From the NCBI GenBank assembly GCA_903882665.1, contig CAIRXW010000024.1:32217-96216 (forward strand): a stretch of 64,000 nt of DNA, given 5' to 3'. The notes under the pieces are model-generated. The model was given only the letters and a program-made list of their open reading frames with translations. It did not search any database and was not told where the DNA came from. Below, one piece after another: positions 9,995 to 19,298 of this stretch. Position 1 is the first letter of the stretch, and each line of letters begins with the position of its first letter. Made by a program: the position numbers and the translations under genes. This DNA is from an uncultured Chlorobiaceae bacterium (GTDB lineage: Bacteria; Bacteroidota; Chlorobiia; Chlorobiales; Chlorobiaceae).

Positions 9995-10159
9995 ATGAGC
10001 TGGAAGAATGGACGATATATATCTGGAACAAGAGGCGTTGTCTTTCGTTTGGAACAGATGAAAAGACAAAAAGGAAAACGTAAAGCGAATGAATCCGCTT
10101 TATTAACTTTAGTAAAGTTAATTTTTTTAGTTTGGCTTCTTATTGTACTTATTTTTTGA
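9995..10159 (+). CDS. Possible 54-aa tail-anchored membrane peptide
   Basis: Found by hand, because it falls below the ORF-track length cutoff. MSWKNGRYISGTRGVVFRLEQMKRQKGKRKANESALLTLVKLIFLVWLLIVLIF*. It is on the same strand as the two preceding ORFs. Confidence 0.3.
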   Translation: MSWKNGRYISGTRGVVFRLEQMKRQKGKRKANESALLTLVKLIFLVWLLIVLIF

Positions 10160-10469
10160 TTGCAATAAGACAAATACTATTGACCTGTTTGTACGAACCA
10201 ATAGTTATTAGTTATCTTTGTGGGTTTACCTGAAGATAGAAAAAATATGAAGTAGGAACTAAAGGATATTGATGAATGAAGATAGGCTAAAACCTAACTT
10301 GATCGATTTACTATAAAAAAGCTTCGGCATTTTCAGTTAAAGCATAATACTTAAATGAGTAATAGGGAATTATCATTTGCAAAGTAACACAAGCCAAAAA
10401 GTATTGACGATCTACGGCAATAGATACAAAAAAGAGCCACAAAAAAGACCATCATATCAGTTCTGTCGG

Positions 10470-10655
10470 GACGCCCAGTGGCTGGCCGATTTTGATAAAC
10501 GACTTGACGAATACCTGCAGCGACCGGTAAAAGGAATGGAGAAAGATGATGAGTGAGTCGCTTGAAATGGGATTTGTTGCCGATGACCGTCTGGCCGGTT
10601 TTCGCCTGCAACGGCTTGAGATATTCAACTGGGGCACCTTCGACGGACGGGTCTG
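10470..10655. repeat. Right copy of the 186-bp jetB-3'/jetC-5' junction. It includes a 28-codon jetB-tail relic (10470..10556).
   Basis: It encodes ...[28 protein letters not shown], versus the resident JetB tail DAQWLSDFDQRMAEYRQQLSQPLEKSDE*. Confidence 0.85.
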
Positions 10656-13600
10656 GACACTCAAACTGGGAGGGAAAAACGGCCTGCTCACTGGAGATAT
10701 CGGTTCCGGAAAATCGACGCTGGTCGATGCTGTGACCACCCTTCTGGTGCCAAGCCAGCGCATTGCCTACAACAAGGCGGCAGGTGCCGACAACCGTGAA
10801 CGCACCTTGCGCTCCTACGTGCTCGGCTACTTCAAGTCGGAGCGGCATGAGAGCCTCGGAGGAGGCGCCAAGCCGGTTGCCCTGCGCGAACTCAATGGCT
10901 ATTCGGTCATTCTCGGCGTCTTTCAAAACGAAGGCTACGACAAGACCGTTACCCTCGCACAGATTTTCTGGATGAAGGATGCCACACAGCCCGCCCGCCT
11001 CTATGCCGCTTATGAGGGTGACTTGTCGATTGCTGTCGATTTTTCAGGCTTTGGTGCCGAAATCGGGGCACTGCGCAAGCGTCTGCGCGGAGCGGGAGTT
11101 GAGCTTTTCGAAACCTTTCCTCCCTACGGTGCCTGGTTCCGGCGGCGCTTCGGCATCGAAAATGAGCAGGCGCTCGACCTCTTTCATCAAACCGTCTCGC
11201 TCAAGTCGGTAGGCAACCTGACCGATTTTGTGCGTCTCCACATGCTTGAACCCTTCACGGTTGAGCCACGCATTGCCGCCCTTATCCAGCATTTCGAAGA
11301 TCTCAACCGGGCGCACGAAGCGGTTCTCAAGGCGAAACGGCAAATCGAGATGCTTGGCCCTCTGGTGGCTGATTGCGACACGCACCACACCTTGGCCGAG
11401 CGAGCCGAAGAGCTTCGCGGCTCCCGCGACACCCTGCGCCCCTGGTTCGCCTCACTCAAACTCGAACTGCTCGACAAACGCCACGCCTCTCTGAGTGAGG
11501 AGCTGAGCCGTTACCAGATCGCCATCGAACGCCTTGAGGCTGGGCGTCGCACCCAGCGGGATCGTGAACGGGAACTACACCGAACCATCGCCGAAAACGG
11601 GGGCGACCGGATTGAGAGTATCGCAGCAGAGATTCGCCAGCAAGAGGAGGAGCTCCAGCGGCGCAACCAGAAATCGGCCCGATATGGAAAACTTGCACGC
11701 CAACTGGGAGAGCATCCTGCCGCGACCGCCGAGGAGTTTCATCTCCAGCGTGCTGGCCACTCAACCATGCACGAAACAACCGCCAACGCTGAAGCGAGGG
11801 TTCAGAACGATCTCAATGAGGCGGGCGTCCTCTTTACCCAGGGGCGTCACGAGCATGAGCAACTGAGCGCCGAGATCAAGAGCCTCAAGGCCCGCATGAG
11901 CAATATCGACGAAAAACAGATTGCCATGCGCCGCTCACTCTGCCATGCGCTCGGTATCGCCGAAACGGAGATGCCCTTTGCCGGTGAACTGCTTCAGGTG
12001 CGTGAAGAGGAAAAAGTGTGGGAGGGAGCCATTGAGCGGGTGCTCCGCAACTTCGGCCTCTCGCTGCTGGTGCCCGACCATCACTACCCCAAGGTGGCCG
12101 AATGGGTGGAGCGCACCAATCTGAAAGGGCGGCTGGTCTATTTCCGTCTGCGCCCGCAAACTCGCAGCGAAGCGTTGCCCGATAACCCCGATTCACTGGC
12201 CCGCAAGCTCGCCATCAAGGCCGACTCCCCCTGTTTTGACTGGCTCGAACGGGAGGTGGCCCATCGTTTTGATCTGGTCTGCTGCAAAAGCCAAGAGGAG
12301 TTCCGGAGAGAGAAAAAAGCGATCACCCAGGCGGGCCAGATCAAGTCACCCGGTGAACGGCACGAAAAGGATGACCGCCACCGCCTTGACGACCGCAGCC
12401 GCTATGTGCTCGGGTGGAGCAATGCCGCCAAAATCGCCGCCCTTGAAAAGAAGGCTAAAGGGCAGCAACAGGAGCTGACCGAACTCGCTGGCCGCATCAG
12501 CTCACTGCAACAGGAGCAAAAATCGCTCAAGGAGCGGCTGACCATCCTCTCCAAGCTTGATGAATATCCTGATTTCCGCGACCTCGACTGGCAGCCGATA
12601 GCCTTTGCCATCGCCCGGCTCGAAACAGAAAAGCGTGACCTTGAAGCTGCCTCGGATCTCCTGAAAACCCTTACCGACCAACTGGCCGCGCTCGAAATCG
12701 AACTGCAGGAGACGGAGCGGCAACTTGACGACAAAAAGGATAAACGCTCAAAAATAGAGCAGAAAATCAGCGTCAACAATGAGCAGCAGCAACAGGCACA
12801 TGCGATACTCAATGAAGCAGTACCCGACGCTGCCAGCCGCTTCCCCACCCTCCAGCTCATGCGTCAGGAGGCTTTCGGCGACCAGTCGCTGACGGTAGAA
12901 TCGTGCGACAACCGCGAACGGGAGATGCGCGACTGGCTTCAGGCAAAAATCGACAGTGAAGACCGGAAGCTCTCCCGATTGGGCGAAAAGATCATCCGGG
13001 CGATGACCGAATACAAGGAGGAGTGGAAACTGGAGACCCGTGAGGTGGATGTCAACATCGCCGCTGGCTACGAGTATCGCTCAATGTTCGCCCAACTCCA
13101 GGCCGACGACCTGCCGCGCTTTGAGGATCGGTTCAAGGAGCTGCTCAACGAAAACACCATCCGGGAGGTGGCCAATTTTCAGTCGCAACTGGCCCGCGAA
13201 CGGGAGAGCATCAGGGAGCGCATTACGAAGCTCAACGAATCGCTCACGCAAATCGACTACAATCCGGGCCGATACATCACCCTTGAAGTACAGATCAGCC
13301 CCGACGCCGACATCCGTGACTTTCAGTCGGAGCTGCGAGCCTGCACCGAGGGAACGCTCACCGGCTCGGATGACGCGCAATACTCCGAAGCCAAATTCCT
13401 CCAGGTGCGCCGCATCATCGACCGCTTCCGTGGCCGTGAAGCATACTCCGACCTCGACCGGCGCTGGACCGCCAAAGTGACCGACGTGCGCAACTGGTTT
13501 GTTTTTGCCGCCAGCGAACGGTGGCGCGAAGACAACAGCGAACACGAACACTACGCCGACTCAGGCGGCAAATCCGGCGGGCAAAAGGAGAAGCTTGCCT

Positions 13601-13913
13601 ACACGGTGCTTGCCGCCAGCCTTGCCTACCAGTTCGGCCTTGAATGGGGGTCGTGCGCTCCCGCTCCTTCCGCTTCGTGGTCATCGACGAAGCCTTCGGA
13701 CGCGGCTCCGATGAATCGGCCCAGTACGGCCTGCAACTCTTTGCCCAGCTCAACCTGCAACTGCTCATCGTCACCCCCTTGCAGAAAATCCACATCATCG
13801 AGCCCTTCGTCTCCAGTGTCGGCTTTGTCCACAACAAGGAGGGACGCTGCTCGGAGCTGCGCAACCTCACCATCGAAGAGTATCGCACCGAAAAAGAGAG
13901 GTCGGTGGAATGA
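10546..13913 (+). pseudogene. jetC: Wadjet JetC (SMC/MksB-like ATPase) interrupted by a 1-nt frameshift in a G5 run (13646-13650)
   Basis: N-terminal [16 protein letters not shown] and Walker [21 protein letters not shown], followed by long coiled coils. After ...[10 protein letters not shown] the frame degenerates into S/P/A-rich nonsense (to 14037). The frame starting at 13644 encodes the expected tail [23 protein letters not shown]...[12 protein letters not shown] (Walker B / D-loop) and ends at 13913 with an ATGA overlap onto jetD. A sixth G would restore a single ~1120-aa ORF. Confidence 0.85.
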
Positions 13914-15085
13914 GCTGGACAACCCCCGCCGAACTCAAGGCCCAGGTGCAGAAGCTCTGGGATCGGGGCCTCATCCTCTCCTCCCTGATTGGCGGCGAAT
14001 CGGTTTTTCCCCGTCGCCTGACTCTGAAAGGGCCTGACTCCCGGCAATTGAGCGACTCTTTTGGGGAAGTGCGTGACTGGATAAAGCGACTCGACGACGC
14101 AGCAAAGCAGTATCGCATTGTGTGGCGCAGTGTCAACCACCGCATTGTGGGGAACAATGAGATTCCGGATGAAATCTGGATTGATTCACTCAACGACGCT
14201 CTCGGGTTGATTGGCAAGCGGCGTGATGCTGAGCGGTTTGCCGCCCTGGTTGCTCTGACCCGCAGCCGTCAGCCTGAACTGCTGCCGTGGCTGGCCAAAC
14301 GCCCCCTGCACGCCCTCGAACTGGCCGAAGAGTGGTCCCGCATCCTCGACATCGTCGCCTGGCTGCAAAACCATCCCCGGCCCGGTATCTACCTGCGCCA
14401 GATTGACCTGCCTGGAGTGCACAGCAAGTTCATAGAAGGGCATCGTGGAGTGCTTGGCGAACTCTTTGATATCGTCCTTCCACCGGAAAAGATTGACGCA
14501 ACGGCGGTTGGCGTTGGAGGATTCTGCCGCCGTTACGGCTTTCAGGACAAACCCCTGCGAGTACGCTTCCGCATCCTTGACCCGACACTGGCGCTGTTCA
14601 TGACGGAGAGTGATCACGATATCACGGTGACGCAGGCAATCTTTGCCCAACTGGAGCTGCCTGTTACCAGAGTCTTCATCACCGAAAACGAAATCAACTT
14701 TCTCGCCTTCCCCGATGTTCCCGAGGCAATGGTGATTTTTGGAGCCGGGTATGGGTTTGAGAATCTGGCGTCAGTCGAGTGGATGCGTAACCGCGTTATT
14801 CATTACTGGGGCGACATCGACACCCACGGCTTCGCCATTCTCAACCAGTTGCGCGGATTCTTTCCCCATGCGGCTTCCCTTTTGATGGATAGTGAGACAC
14901 TGATGGAGCATCAAGCGCTTTGGGGCGTTGAACCATCTCCCGAAACCGGTACACTCACTCGACTGACCGCTGAAGAGAACCCGCTTTACGATCAGTTGCG
15001 CCGGAATGAGCTGGGACATCAGATACGGCTGGAGCAGGAGAAGATCGGGTTTGAGTGGCTGGTTGAGGCGCTGGGGAGAGTTTGA
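13910..15085 (+). CDS. jetD: Wadjet JetD (DUF3322 + DUF2220/Toprim-like nuclease subunit)
   Basis: 391 aa. Motifs: [51 protein letters not shown]. Confidence 0.9.
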   Translation: MSWTTPAELKAQVQKLWDRGLILSSLIGGESVFPRRLTLKGPDSRQLSDSFGEVRDWIKRLDDAAKQYRIVWRSVNHRIVGNNEIPDEIWIDSLNDALGLIGKRRDAERFAALVALTRSRQPELLPWLAKRPLHALELAEEWSRILDIVAWLQNHPRPGIYLRQIDLPGVHSKFIEGHRGVLGELFDIVLPPEKIDATAVGVGGFCRRYGFQDKPLRVRFRILDPTLALFMTESDHDITVTQAIFAQLELPVTRVFITENEINFLAFPDVPEAMVIFGAGYGFENLASVEWMRNRVIHYWGDIDTHGFAILNQLRGFFPHAASLLMDSETLMEHQALWGVEPSPETGTLTRLTAEENPLYDQLRRNELGHQIRLEQEKIGFEWLVEALGRV

Positions 15086-15189
15086 GCGAGGATTATTGTT
15101 TGCAAAGAACAACTCATACGACAAAAAAATAATACAGTTTTATTCCGCGATTTCTACTTATCATCTAAATGAAGTACCACGCAGTATAA

Positions 15190-15639
15190 TTGTGTTTTTA
15201 TTCCTTAGACATCAAATGTATGACAATGCGTTATTTCAATGTCAACACCAATAGGCGTCACAACCAAAAGGCTCAACAAGAAATGTTGTCCGAGAACAAG
15301 GCCGCCACACATTACCAAAAATTTTTAATGTATAATTTAGAGGAAGATGACGTTGTTTTCTTATACGAATCTAAGGTCGGAATTGTGGCATTAGGTGAAG
15401 TTGGTAAAGGAGAAGTGATGATAAAAAAATGTCGAAACGACGATCAGTATGAGGACGGTAATGAATATTACAGAAACTTGAACAATTTCAAGATATTAAG
15501 CCAGCCGTTGACGTTTGCTAAAATAAAAGAAATCACAAGAAAATATTATGGCTGCGTTCACGCAATGAATTGTGTTTCAGATGATTGTGGTACAGCCATC
15601 AAAAACTTCATTTACGACCCCACAAACAAGCTGTTATAA
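15190..15639 (+). CDS. Hypothetical protein
   Basis: 149-aa ORF with a TTG at 15190; more likely starts are ATG 15220 or 15226 (MTMRYFNVNTN...). AT-rich, convergent with the VRR-NUC gene. I recognise no motif. Confidence 0.45.
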   Translation: MCFYSLDIKCMTMRYFNVNTNRRHNQKAQQEMLSENKAATHYQKFLMYNLEEDDVVFLYESKVGIVALGEVGKGEVMIKKCRNDDQYEDGNEYYRNLNNFKILSQPLTFAKIKEITRKYYGCVHAMNCVSDDCGTAIKNFIYDPTNKLL

Positions 15640-15659
15640 TTGATTATTTCATTAGTTGG

Positions 15660-16355
15660 TTAATGTTTTTGTGGAAGTAGTTGAACTACACAACATACAA
15701 GCCCGAGCGGCTTTGCGATTTCTTTTGCAAATCTCAACTGCGATTCATGAAGACGATCGGTTGTCTTGACTTCAATAAATGACACCCCATTTTTATCTAT
15801 AACGGTTAAATCAGGCCAACCGGATCGATAATCATAGGGATTTGTCATAAATAATGCAGCAATTTTAGCAATCAAATTGGAATCAACTAAATAGGCAAGG
15901 GAGCTTAAAAAATTTTGAAGAATTCCTTGGTGAGAATATTCTTTTTGGTAAAAATATTGAGTTAAGGGATCAGTACAGATCTCAATGATGTGTTCTTGTA
16001 ATTGCTCGGGGCTAATGTTTTGGATACAAGTCAGTATTTCTGGTTGGTAAGCCTTGAGTATCGTACACTGGGCTTCAAAAAAACGACGGATTGCATCTTC
16101 TCTGTCGTTAAAAATATTTCGTTTTGTCAAAACATCCAAAGCCGCTGCCTTCATTAGAATACTTATTCCCATACCCTCACACCAACATGATTCTCTGTTT
16201 TCGGCAGCTAATCGAGTAACAACGACTTGTTCAGGTTTTAGGTCTGAAACCTGCCCTTCCTTCCATTTCCCTGCGCCTATTTTCAATGCATGCATGGTGT
16301 GAAGTGGCCAATTAATTTGCTCGCATTGAGCTTTTAATGTCAGGGTGGTCATCAT
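15660..16355 (-). CDS. FAN1-like VRR-NUC (PD-(D/E)xK) nuclease
   Basis: ORF 15660..16442, with the probable start at MMTTLTL (16355). C-terminal YRSGWPDLTVIDKNGVSFIEVKTTDRLHESQLRFAKEI fits the VRR-NUC pattern GxPDL...xEVK..D.L...Q. The upstream CWCEGMGISILMK resembles the H/W-x-EG helix that precedes VRR-NUC in FAN1. Confidence 0.75.
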   Translation of the reverse strand: MMTTLTLKAQCEQINWPLHTMHALKIGAGKWKEGQVSDLKPEQVVVTRLAAENRESCWCEGMGISILMKAAALDVLTKRNIFNDREDAIRRFFEAQCTILKAYQPEILTCIQNISPEQLQEHIIEICTDPLTQYFYQKEYSHQGILQNFLSSLAYLVDSNLIAKIAALFMTNPYDYRSGWPDLTVIDKNGVSFIEVKTTDRLHESQLRFAKEIAKPLGLVCCVVQLLPQKH

Positions 16356-16623
16356 AATGGAGTTGTGCTTGTAATGCAATAAAAACCGAAACACAAGAAA
16401 TATTGAAAAAGATTCTGGTCCGCTTGAAAAGAGCAAATACATCGAAATATGAACACAAATTACTTCAAATGAAATTAATTCAGAATAATGATCGGTACAT
16501 CATAGATGTTTGTTAAGAACAACAAATCAATACTATGTATTATATCTTGAAGTGAACAAACCAAACCGATTTTTTGCTGCTGATAAACATCGACCCGTGA
16601 TATTCATTCAGATAAATCATCAA

Positions 16624-17634
16624 TTAGTCTTCTGGTATGTCGTAATTATCATGAGGAAAAGAAACCCAGGAGAATTCGATAAAATTATTATCTCCTCTCC
16701 AATAATGCAGGTGATATTCTCCAATGACATCCCTTCTCATACCTATTGCCCCATCAAGTTTTCTCTTTAGGGCCGGGTTTCCTCCGCCAATTCCTGTTCT
16801 AAATCGGTGTTCTGCAGCTTTGTTTAGATTGAGTAACGAGTCAAGCATTGTCATTATTGTCTGTCGCAGAATAGATTGCTGTAATTTGAGTTCTTTGAGC
16901 CTGCTGATGAATTTGCTACCAATCTTATAAAGGGGGATCTCATCAGAAGGAGTCGTGGATTTATTATGAAGATCAAAAACGAATTGGATGGCAATTTTTA
17001 GGGTTTCTTCACTAAGCAAGGAATGAAAGAGTTGTCCGATATCCAGATGTTTGAGGATATCTTGGTAATCCATTGCCAAAAGAAAACGATTGTGAGATAT
17101 CTGAGGATTCAAGTCACGGGAGTTGAGGCTGGCTGTTGTGTCAATTACTGTACTATTGATAATGTGTTGTGCAAGAATAGATTGACGTTCGTTTGGCTGG
17201 TCAGCCTCTAAAATTAAGCACTGCAATGTCTTAATAAAAAGCGACTGTAAATTAGTACCTATGGCGTTTTCTGGGATAGCGGGAGTAACTGAATCTATTT
17301 TGACTTCCTTGTCGGTAATCTGCAAATTCTCATCTTCAAGATAAGAATGGAGGGACGTAAGTTTATAGAAATACGGAATTAGATCGTTGGCGCTATGTTC
17401 ATAAACATTGCATTGTTTAAGTTTTAGTGAAAGTTTTTTTGGATCAAGATATTCGCTGTCTATAAATAGTGCATTCAGGGAACCGCGACTCATTATCAGA
17501 CTCAAAAGGGGCTCTGACCTGAAGAAATCCAATGAAATCAATGCATCTATATATTGTAAAGCCTTTTCTTTCTTGTCCCCGATACTCGAAATAGCCAATA
17601 CACTGGGGTCAAGAATGACGCGTAAAGGGAGCAT
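16624..17634 (-). CDS. Hypothetical protein with a RelE/ParE-like C-terminal segment
   Basis: 336 aa. I see no N-terminal motif. The C-terminal GAIGMRRDVIGEYHLHYWRGDNNFIEFSWVSFPHDNYDI follows the RelE/ParE core pattern (G..W.R.VG.YRl.Y...d..i.i..v..H..Y). It starts 25 nt after the upstream ATPase stop. Confidence 0.6.
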   Translation of the reverse strand: MLPLRVILDPSVLAISSIGDKKEKALQYIDALISLDFFRSEPLLSLIMSRGSLNALFIDSEYLDPKKLSLKLKQCNVYEHSANDLIPYFYKLTSLHSYLEDENLQITDKEVKIDSVTPAIPENAIGTNLQSLFIKTLQCLILEADQPNERQSILAQHIINSTVIDTTASLNSRDLNPQISHNRFLLAMDYQDILKHLDIGQLFHSLLSEETLKIAIQFVFDLHNKSTTPSDEIPLYKIGSKFISRLKELKLQQSILRQTIMTMLDSLLNLNKAAEHRFRTGIGGGNPALKRKLDGAIGMRRDVIGEYHLHYWRGDNNFIEFSWVSFPHDNYDIPED

Positions 17635-17659
17635 AATTCGAAAGATTAGAAAGATTTAA

Positions 17660-19204
17660 TTAATTATTTTTCGGATTGCTTTTCCGCTTCTTGATGGCGG
17701 CTTTAGTGATTTTTTCGACGGCGGATTCATTTTCATCAAAAAAGCCTTCAGGCCAATCCAGAATGCTGCCACATTCGTCAATCTTGATTTCGCGAAATGT
17801 AGAGCTATCATTTTTGTTTTCGACGAAATACACTTTTGCAGCATCATGCCAGGGAGAACCCTCGAAGCCCTCAGCAATCCGAAGACGAATGCGGTTAATA
17901 ATGTGTTCACTATGCGTTTCAACAAGGCACTGCTTGCCGAGCTGCGTCAGAGAAAGGAAAAAGTCAGCCAATCGAGACTGAACTTTCGGATGAAGATGCA
18001 ATTCCGGCTGCTCAAATATCAATGTTGTGTCCGGCTCCGCAAGTAAGCCAGAAACAAGAATAGGTAAAACCTGACTAACACCTACGCCTACTTGAGTTAT
18101 ATCATTAATTTGATTGCCATTACCTATCTTAACCCCAAGTTCAAGGCCGTACTTGCCCTTGTCAGTCACTTCAATTTTTTCAGCTATACCAAGATACCCA
18201 AGCCAGTCATCAATAGCATTTTCGAGTAAACATTCAATAGGCTCTGGAATATTTCCTGATTTATCGAAAGATAAAGAAGGAATGTATCGAATGATTTTGC
18301 GCTTATGCGTTTCAAAAACCTCCGGAGTGTTTTCGCCTTTCAGACCGATAGTGTTTTCATTTAAGTTAGAAAATCGGGCATATAAAGACTTGGAGGAGGC
18401 TCGCAAAGGTCCGAGATAGTGTAATGACTTTGAAAAGTATTCCTTGATATATTGCGTAGCCTCTTTAGCTTGTGGCGGTAGTGACCCCCTCCACATGTTA
18501 AAATAGTTATTTTTGCCCTTATCTGTCCATTCATCACCAATTAACAACTGTGCAGGTAAGAAATTTTGAAATATACAACCGATTGCAGAGCATTTATACT
18601 CTTCCTCAACTGTGTTACAAGGAAGCTTAGAAAAATCGTCTTTGTGAAAAACATGGGATTCACGATCTTCGATATTATAGCTTAAAGCATTACGAATATC
18701 CTTGTCCGAAGTGTTTTGTATCCATTTCTCTTTCCAGCCAATTGTAAGAATGTCAGGGCGCTTTACATTCAAAGAGTATTGGTTCCCCAGACCAAAATGA
18801 GAACGACATAAATCTATGTCACTGTTATCCCCTGTTGGCAAATACAATTCTGAATCACTTGGTGCAACGGCTATCTCGCAATATATTTTCTTCTTTAAAA
18901 TCTCATCGAACGGAAGCAAGGTGTCGCTTAAAGTTAAACACTCCCAGCCGATTACCAAGGTCTTTGATGTACTGTTATCACTTATGTTGTCATTGAAATT
19001 TCCCAGCTTAATGAGATCACCGTTCAATACTAATGGACGAGAAGGATCCTTATGTGAAAGTGTCTGAACAATAAGCAGTATAGACTTTAGAATGGTACTC
19101 TTCCCGCTACTATTTGCTCCTGCGAAAAGAGTCAAAGGGAAAAAATCAAGCTCTGTGTAATCACGTATAGACCTAAAATTAGCTAACTTCCATTTTGTAA
19201 TCAT
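17660..19204 (-). CDS. ABC/OLD-type ATPase (AAA_15/AAA_21-like) with DUF3696-type C-terminus, short paralogue
   Basis: ORF 17660..19246, with the start taken at MITKWKLANF (19204). Walker A GANSSGKST, Walker B-like LIFEQPELHLHP, H-loop ETHSEHIINR, C-terminal DWPEGFFDE. Confidence 0.85.
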   Translation of the reverse strand: MITKWKLANFRSIRDYTELDFFPLTLFAGANSSGKSTILKSILLIVQTLSHKDPSRPLVLNGDLIKLGNFNDNISDNSTSKTLVIGWECLTLSDTLLPFDEILKKKIYCEIAVAPSDSELYLPTGDNSDIDLCRSHFGLGNQYSLNVKRPDILTIGWKEKWIQNTSDKDIRNALSYNIEDRESHVFHKDDFSKLPCNTVEEEYKCSAIGCIFQNFLPAQLLIGDEWTDKGKNNYFNMWRGSLPPQAKEATQYIKEYFSKSLHYLGPLRASSKSLYARFSNLNENTIGLKGENTPEVFETHKRKIIRYIPSLSFDKSGNIPEPIECLLENAIDDWLGYLGIAEKIEVTDKGKYGLELGVKIGNGNQINDITQVGVGVSQVLPILVSGLLAEPDTTLIFEQPELHLHPKVQSRLADFFLSLTQLGKQCLVETHSEHIINRIRLRIAEGFEGSPWHDAAKVYFVENKNDSSTFREIKIDECGSILDWPEGFFDENESAVEKITKAAIKKRKSNPKNN

Positions 19205-19298
19205 ATCTATTCTGGTTTTACAACACCCGAGATGCTGATTGATCAATGAGTAAAGATATCACGTTTGAGAAACGCCGTTACTGTAGCAGCTTACGGTG

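Noticed and set aside
8371-10469. Insertion sequence or transposon interpretation of the Wadjet insert
   Set aside because: I could not find a transposase or integrase ORF, or terminal inverted repeats, at the junctions. The flanking repeats are long (186 bp) and diverged, unlike target-site duplications.
13651-14037. C-terminal 129 codons of the 1163-aa track ORF (10546..14037)
   Set aside because: The product is an out-of-frame S/P/A/R-rich tail that overlaps jetD. The conserved JetC Walker B tail is in the -1 frame (13644..13913).
13415-14140. 241-aa minus-strand ORF
   Set aside because: It is antisense to the jetC/jetD junction and has no motif. It is a GC-rich shadow ORF.
15190-15639. 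Idea that the 149-aa protein is an EVE/PUA-like modified-base reader
   Set aside because: The idea rests only on a loose impression from MRYFNVN... and DDVVFLYES.VGIVALGEV. There are no defining motifs, so it is kept as a hypothetical protein.
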